From Bdellovibrionia bacterium (GTDB taxonomy: Bacteria; Bdellovibrionota; UBA1018), in assembly GCA_041752095.1 (NCBI GenBank), contig JBGSHQ010000108.1, forward strand, positions 1 through 38,199: 38,199 nt of DNA. Reading direction: 5' to 3'. Every line of letters begins with the position of its first letter. Positions within the stretch are counted from its first letter, which is position 1. Of the stretch, positions 33,312-38,199 are shown piece by piece. The notes under the pieces were generated by a model. The model searched no databases, was not told the DNA's origin, and was given only the letters and a program-made list of their open reading frames with translations. Both the position numbers and the translations under genes were made by a program.

Positions 33312-33323
33312 GTTACCTTACCT

Positions 33324-34199
33324 TTATGCTGCAGCAGCAGCTCCACCTTTACCTGCGCCAGAGGTTGCCTTATCGACTTCGTCGAAAGATGGGCGAACTT
33401 CCGGTGGAATTGAACGACGTGCAAACTCTACACAAACTTTAGGCGAACAGTCTTTCGCATAAGCCAAAAGAGCTGCTTTTACGGCATTAAAAACAGCACC
33501 TGAGTCATTGATCCCGAGTTCGATACGAGCAGCAATAGGACCCATAAAACCGTAAGAAACGAGAATACCGAGAAAGGTTCCGACGAGAGCGGCGGCAACC
33601 GAGTGCCCGATCACCTCTTTACCCATGGTTAACTTACCCATGGTTTGTACGATCCCGAGAACGGCGGCAACAATTCCAAGACCCGGCATCGCATCCCCGA
33701 ACTTACCGACTTGGACTGCTGCTTTCATTTCTGCTGCGTGAATCGCGTCGATGTCTTTATCCATGAGATCTTCTAAGTCGTAAGGAGACATCGGAGCAGA
33801 GATCTGGACTTTCAGTGTATCGCAAAGAAAATGGAGAACATGATGATTTGCGATGACCGATGGATAGCGTTTGAAAATTTCGGATGCCTCAGGTTTTTCG
33901 ACGTGTGCTTCGAGTGAGAGGGGATTTCCCTTAGCGGTTTTAATAATTTCGTACATGAGCAAGAGAACCTCAGTGTATTCCGTTTTAGTCGGAGGTTTAC
34001 CCTTTAAGGTGAGAAGAATTTGGTGAGCGATTTCTTTTAGAACAGCAGGACTCGAGGAAATGATTGTTGCGCCAATTCCGGCGCCAACAATAATCACAAT
34101 TTCTACCGGCTGCCAGAGAACAGCGAGATTTCCACCGTGAAAGGCGAAAGCCCCGAACACGCAGACACAGACGAAAATACCACCAATGATTACAAGCAT
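33324..34199 (-). CDS. motA: Flagellar motor stator protein MotA
   Basis: MLVIIGGIFV...FHGGNLAVLWQPVEIVIIVGAGIGA is closely similar in pattern to enterobacterial MotA. It carries a short Gly/Ala-rich C-terminal tail. Confidence 0.9.
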   Translation of the reverse strand: MLVIIGGIFVCVCVFGAFAFHGGNLAVLWQPVEIVIIVGAGIGATIISSSPAVLKEIAHQILLTLKGKPPTKTEYTEVLLLMYEIIKTAKGNPLSLEAHVEKPEASEIFKRYPSVIANHHVLHFLCDTLKVQISAPMSPYDLEDLMDKDIDAIHAAEMKAAVQVGKFGDAMPGLGIVAAVLGIVQTMGKLTMGKEVIGHSVAAALVGTFLGILVSYGFMGPIAARIELGINDSGAVFNAVKAALLAYAKDCSPKVCVEFARRSIPPEVRPSFDEVDKATSGAGKGGAAAAA

Positions 34200-34473
34200 A
34201 GGGATTAACCTGCCACTTTCCTTCAGTATGCTTTTCGCCTCGAACTGGCTAAAAGTTGAGCGATATAGTTGGTTTTTTAGACAGTTGTGAATTTATTGTT
34301 TTTTTCCTTATTATTTCAAAGGGTTAAATATCTTGTAACGATCTCCCCCACTTAACAGTTTAAAGAGTAAACTCGTCAAGAATATGGCTAAACGGTTGAC
34401 CCCGAATGCCCAGGTCGATAAACCCGAGAGTGCTTTCTATTTAATTTTCGTCTCTCCGGGGGGAATTCGACGA

Positions 34474-35406
34474 ATGAGACTCTCTATTATTACTCTATTC
34501 TTTACGACACTCATGATGAACGCCTTTGCTGAAGAAGGTTTTTATCGTGTGGACCAGTTTGGTGGCGCTGCAAATCGCCTACTGAGTACTGCGCGAGGCG
34601 CGGCCGTACTTTTCGAAATGCGGGGAAACGACGGAAGATACTCACCGCTTGCGAATGGGTTTTTTATTTCGTCTGAAGGACATCTATTAACGAACCATCA
34701 TGTCGGAACCAACTGCGGCGGTCGCTTTCCTTCACCCGATTATGAAGACCGCTCTCGAGCTTTGGAGTTTCCCTTAAATCGGGGTTACCTCTGTAAAGAT
34801 TTTCGTGCGCGAGTTTTTCCAAACACTCCAGCCGAAGTCATTTTACAACTCGAGTTAATCGCTCGCCCCGATCAGTACACGATCGACCGCGGTGGAGACT
34901 TTATCATTCTCCATGCGATCGGTTATCGGCCAGCGTCTTACGTTACTATCGGCGGCACCAGAGACTTTCCGACTGGAACCTCTTATTACATGGTTGGCTT
35001 TCCACCGACCACATCACGTGGAAATAGCTCCGTCCTGATTCGTCAGGGCTACTATACCGATGTTTCAGTTCGAGGCGATTACCGTATCGCGTATGGAACG
35101 ACGGTTCCAAAACCCGTCGACTATCAAAATCGAAATAATCCGGCTCCGTATTTTGTGGGTAATGCAGACGGTGCGCCAGGCACCAGTGGATCACTCATAA
35201 TTTCGTGGTCAGGCCACTTCCTAGGTTATGTCCAAGGATATGCGGATCGAAGAGGAATTCCAGGAAGCCCACTCTGCCAGCGTAACGGCAGACCTGCTGG
35301 CCCATCCGAGTATTACTGCGGTGGCTTAATTAACTACCTCCGGGCGACTTGGGTGATCGATCGTATGATCAGTCTTTTTCCGAACACCGTTTTACAATTA
35401 AAATAA
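34474..35406 (+). CDS. Secreted trypsin-like (S1) serine protease
   Basis: ORF 34384..35406. ATG 34474 gives the signal peptide MRLSIITLFFTTLMMNAFA. Triad contexts: LLTNHHVG (His), GGDFIILHA (Asp), GAPGTSGSLI (Ser). Confidence 0.75.
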   Translation: MRLSIITLFFTTLMMNAFAEEGFYRVDQFGGAANRLLSTARGAAVLFEMRGNDGRYSPLANGFFISSEGHLLTNHHVGTNCGGRFPSPDYEDRSRALEFPLNRGYLCKDFRARVFPNTPAEVILQLELIARPDQYTIDRGGDFIILHAIGYRPASYVTIGGTRDFPTGTSYYMVGFPPTTSRGNSSVLIRQGYYTDVSVRGDYRIAYGTTVPKPVDYQNRNNPAPYFVGNADGAPGTSGSLIISWSGHFLGYVQGYADRRGIPGSPLCQRNGRPAGPSEYYCGGLINYLRATWVIDRMISLFPNTVLQLK

Positions 35407-36345
35407 AACGCTGACCATTGCGGGAAGAAAAAAGAGAGCAAAGAGTGTCGAAAATAAAACGACGACTCCTGCTTTTTCGGGTTCAGTTTTCAGAAGTGTT
35501 GCAAACGCTACTGTATTTGCAGCGAGAGGAACACACGCAATCAGTAGAAGCATCTGATGAACGCGTTCATCATAAAAATGAAACTGATTTCTATCGAGAA
35601 GAATAAAGCCCGATATCACCGCAGGCCAGACGATAAATTTTCCAATAAATGCGATCCCAATAAAGAGCCAATCAAATTTTAGCGATCGAATTTCAGCCAC
35701 GCCTAGTCCGATCAGCATCACGCCAAGTACAGAATAGGTGCCACGAAAAAATCCTGAAAAATCAGCAAAACTTCCTGACAGCTTTAACCCTGCCGCATTT
35801 GCAATGAGTGCAGCAGCAAATGCGTAAAGTGCCGGTAACTTTAATAACCGATTCAATGCCTCTCGAGCCGTGGCATTCCCACGAGCGAGGATATAAAACC
35901 CGACCGAGTTTTCATAAAGAATGAAGCCCAGACAAAAGAGTAAATAGAGACCAATCACACTCGGTCCAAAAAGCATCATCGCTACGGGTAACCCAAAATA
36001 CCCGGTGTTTGCATTGCCTGCAGAAAACGCGAGCAAGTTTCCGAGTGGACCATCGAGTCCGAGACGTTTCCCGACGGTTTTTGAAAATGCCAAGAAAATG
36101 ACGGCTAAAAGTGAACAGAGAATAGCAAAACCAAAAGGGACGGCGAGGTATTCCCGACGCATTTCGATTTGGCTTACATTCGTAAATACAACCACGGGCG
36201 AAACAATATAAATGACGAGTTTAGCGATCGAATCCCGATCAATCTTCATCTTACGACCCGCAATAAATCCAGTGGCCACTATTATATAGAGGGGAATGAG
36301 CCTTCCCACGAGGTTTAAAAATACGGCGCCACTACTTGTTTCCAT
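35398..36345 (-). CDS. AEC-family (auxin efflux carrier-like) membrane transporter
   Basis: ORF 35398..36372, with the likely start at METSSGAVF... (36345). About 10 TM segments, with the family-typical N-terminus FLNLVGRLIPLYIIVATGFIAGR. Confidence 0.8.
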   Translation of the reverse strand: METSSGAVFLNLVGRLIPLYIIVATGFIAGRKMKIDRDSIAKLVIYIVSPVVVFTNVSQIEMRREYLAVPFGFAILCSLLAVIFLAFSKTVGKRLGLDGPLGNLLAFSAGNANTGYFGLPVAMMLFGPSVIGLYLLFCLGFILYENSVGFYILARGNATAREALNRLLKLPALYAFAAALIANAAGLKLSGSFADFSGFFRGTYSVLGVMLIGLGVAEIRSLKFDWLFIGIAFIGKFIVWPAVISGFILLDRNQFHFYDERVHQMLLLIACVPLAANTVAFATLLKTEPEKAGVVVLFSTLFALFFLPAMVSVLF

Positions 36346-36392
36346 ACACCCAAGAATAGGACAGCACCCCACATCCGTGCTAGCTTTAATCT

Positions 36393-37799
36393 ATGAACTT
36401 CACTGCAAAAGGATTTGCGGGCTTCATTTATACTGGTCTTGCGCTAGGATTTTCGATTTCTGCATCTTCCGGAGAAGTTCGAATGGGATATGCTGCCCAT
36501 ATCGAAGATGAGCTCGGCCTATCGCAGAACTCACCCCGACCTGCTTTTACTCCCGACTGGGCTAACCCCGATGTCGATTGCATTGAAAATCAAATTCCAA
36601 AATTTATTCAATGCTTAGATCTTTCAGGGGTTGTAAATCCCGTGAGCGATCTACCCACCACTCTCACTCCTGATGAAGTGATTTACTGGAGCATCGACCA
36701 TAAACCAGATCTAAATGTATGCCGAGCGCGCGAAGTCGATCGAAGAGAAAAGACTTTCCCTGGCAGTATGACGAAAACAGCTCTCGCTTGGGCTTGGATG
36801 TGGAATAAGCAGGCGGATCACATTGATGAAAAATTATTAGCCACGTACGAAGCCGCCGAAGCCGCTAATATGCCACCACAGATTCTCTTTGGTGCTCTAA
36901 AACAAGAATCTCTTTTATCGGACCTCGGCATTTCGGTCGACGGTGGCAATTATTCGTGCGGTATCGGTCAGACTAATGTGGGTGAATGGTGCCGATTCAT
37001 GAATTCGTTTTCTGATGTCGATCAAATTGCTTTTGGTTGGCCCGTAGGAATTTCATGTGCTGCGGATGTTTTACCGAGTGAGATTGTGAAATCCTTTTAT
37101 GACATCGCTTTGAAAAAGCTAGGTGGACGACCTGATTACGAACTGACTCCTAAGGAGTTTGCAGGAATTCTCTATGATGATGTCGTGGTTTCATTTCCAC
37201 CTGCGATTGAATCGATACAAAAAAATCGTTTTACAGCAATTTCTTCTTTTGTGAAGAACTGTTCAGATTCAAAACTCGGAATCGCTGCAAAAGGAAAGAT
37301 TTTAAACGGCCTCTTTTCAGGAATTCCCCAGGGATTAAAGGATGCAGAAAAATATCCCGCGGGAACTACTTTTCCTCGTTCGTGTATGCGGAAATATCAG
37401 AGTCCTTATTTCCCTCTTCATACGGGCTGGCTACTGGCAGATGCGGTTTATAATGCGGGTGAACGCGAAATTTCACTTCTTCAGCATTATTTTAGAATGA
37501 CGGTGAGTTCTCACGAGTCGGGCTCAGACTGGAAAACACTCACACCACACGACTTAATCGAAGCCCTTTACTGGGGTGGGAAGTGGAACTCTAAAACGAA
37601 GAAAATCGAATATAAGAGTGTTTACGGCATAGATGCCTCACAAACCTGGTTTAAAAGCTGTGTGGTCCAGCGCCACATTGCTCGCGTGATTCAGTACGCA
37701 ACCCTACCGGGTGCAGTCATTGCAAATTCACTCGAAACCATTCCTTGCGCAAAAACCGACCCGTCTGCAGATCGTCAGAAAAGCTCTGGGAAAAAATAA
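36393..37799 (+). CDS. Secreted protein with a lytic-transglycosylase (SLT/GH23)-like core
   Basis: Signal peptide. LKQESLLS (catalytic Glu-Ser), CGIGQTNV (GLMQ-like) and AVYNAGE (AYNAG-like) occur in the correct order and spacing. Confidence 0.6.
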   Translation: MNFTAKGFAGFIYTGLALGFSISASSGEVRMGYAAHIEDELGLSQNSPRPAFTPDWANPDVDCIENQIPKFIQCLDLSGVVNPVSDLPTTLTPDEVIYWSIDHKPDLNVCRAREVDRREKTFPGSMTKTALAWAWMWNKQADHIDEKLLATYEAAEAANMPPQILFGALKQESLLSDLGISVDGGNYSCGIGQTNVGEWCRFMNSFSDVDQIAFGWPVGISCAADVLPSEIVKSFYDIALKKLGGRPDYELTPKEFAGILYDDVVVSFPPAIESIQKNRFTAISSFVKNCSDSKLGIAAKGKILNGLFSGIPQGLKDAEKYPAGTTFPRSCMRKYQSPYFPLHTGWLLADAVYNAGEREISLLQHYFRMTVSSHESGSDWKTLTPHDLIEALYWGGKWNSKTKKIEYKSVYGIDASQTWFKSCVVQRHIARVIQYATLPGAVIANSLETIPCAKTDPSADRQKSSGKK

Positions 37800-38199
37800 T
37801 GAGTGAAGTATTTGAAGACACTGCAATCGTGCTACGCGCGGTTGCTTTCGAAGAACGACACCGCATTGTTACAGCACTCACCGAAAATAACGGTAAAATT
37901 TCTGCGCTTGCTCGAAACGCGATCCAGTCGAGGCGTTTTGGAGCTTGTCTTGATCCCTTCACGGCTTCGACCTGGCGAATCGCCCCTGCTAAACAGGGCG
38001 CCGATCTTTTTCGCGTCGAAGAAGCCGTAATTCGAAAATCTTTCGAGGGCCTTCGTAAAAATTTTGAAATACTCGCGCTGGCATCGGTCTTTAATGAACT
38101 CATGCTTCGGCTCGCGCCTGAACGAGAAAGCTGTATCGACCTTTTTAAACTCCATTCGAACGCACTCGCTTTACTGGAAGAACTCGCACTCGACGGCTC
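37799..38199 (+). CDS. recO: DNA repair protein RecO (N-terminal part, runs off the right edge)
   Basis: Not in the ORF track (no stop in the window). My hand translation from ATG 37799 gives MSEVFEDTAIVLRAVAFEERHRIVTALTENNGKISALARNAIQSRRFGACLDPF..., which has the typical RecO N-terminal OB-fold pattern. TAATG overlap with the preceding stop. Confidence 0.8.
   Translation, partial: MSEVFEDTAIVLRAVAFEERHRIVTALTENNGKISALARNAIQSRRFGACLDPFTASTWRIAPAKQGADLFRVEEAVIRKSFEGLRKNFEILALASVFNELMLRLAPERESCIDLFKLHSNALALLEELALDG

Noticed and set aside
34200-34383. I looked for sigma28 (TAAA-N15-GCCGATAA) or sigma54 promoters upstream of motA. A CGATAT box occurs at about 34261-34266.
   Set aside because: That box is on the plus strand, opposite to motA, and its nearest TAAA is only 7 nt away. 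There is no acceptable match on the motA strand.
1-38199. I searched by eye for CRISPR repeats, rRNA/tRNA genes, IS elements, integrases, and known defence or toxin-antitoxin genes.
   Set aside because: None was recognised. The accessory block therefore cannot be called a mobile element from this window alone. A computational scan (tRNAscan-SE, Infernal, ISfinder, DefenseFinder/PADLOC) is needed to confirm.

Overview
This is a 38.2-kb bacterial chromosomal window. I recognised no rRNA, tRNA, CRISPR array, integrase or transposase by eye. All product calls come from motifs read in the supplied translations; no database search was possible.

Housekeeping flanks:
- Left (1-9.7 kb): a partial RNA-methyltransferase-like CDS, acyl-CoA dehydrogenase, an orphan ORF6N/KilA-N-type gene, an MBOAT-like acyltransferase, rsgA, a hotdog thioesterase, leuS, and a GNAT plus Cys/Met PLP-enzyme operon.
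- Right (23.3-38.2 kb): a DOPA-dioxygenase-family protein and an S8 peptidase. Next comes a tightly overlapping 7-gene minus-strand operon: 5'-nucleotidase, ferredoxin-like protein, exbB, exbD, tonB, a TonB-dependent receptor with a CarboxypepD_reg-type N-terminus, and a lipoprotein. After that come motA-motB, a trypsin-like protease, an AEC transporter, an SLT-like protein and the start of recO.

Accessory-looking middle (about 9.9-23.3 kb), where nothing has a product I can name:
- Seven small signal-peptide, Cys-containing proteins.
- A translationally coupled pair (ATGA overlap): a winged-HTH-fused GHKL (RsbW-like) ATPase and a STAS-like protein.
- A 1221-aa secreted protein translationally coupled to a 1091-aa S8 subtilase.
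- A sigma54-promoter-preceded lipoprotein.

Sequence-level oddities:
- A roughly 40-nt element with a 17-nt identical core occurs three times, each 50-62 nt downstream of a gene. Two direct copies bracket the ATPase/STAS cassette.
- A perfect 13-bp inverted repeat abuts the ATPase gene, whose HTH-coding part lies upstream of any ATG/GTG/TTG.
- A perfect 26-nt palindrome overlaps a TTGACA box in front of the TonB operon.
- A possible +1 frameshift sits at a C5 tract.

Best candidates for an undescribed system: (1) the repeat-bounded wHTH-ATPase/STAS cassette with its two divergent small secreted proteins, and (2) the giant-protein/S8 pair. Both are hypotheses, not demonstrated functions. The abundance of secreted serine proteases hints at a predatory, Bdellovibrio-like lifestyle, but that is only an inference.
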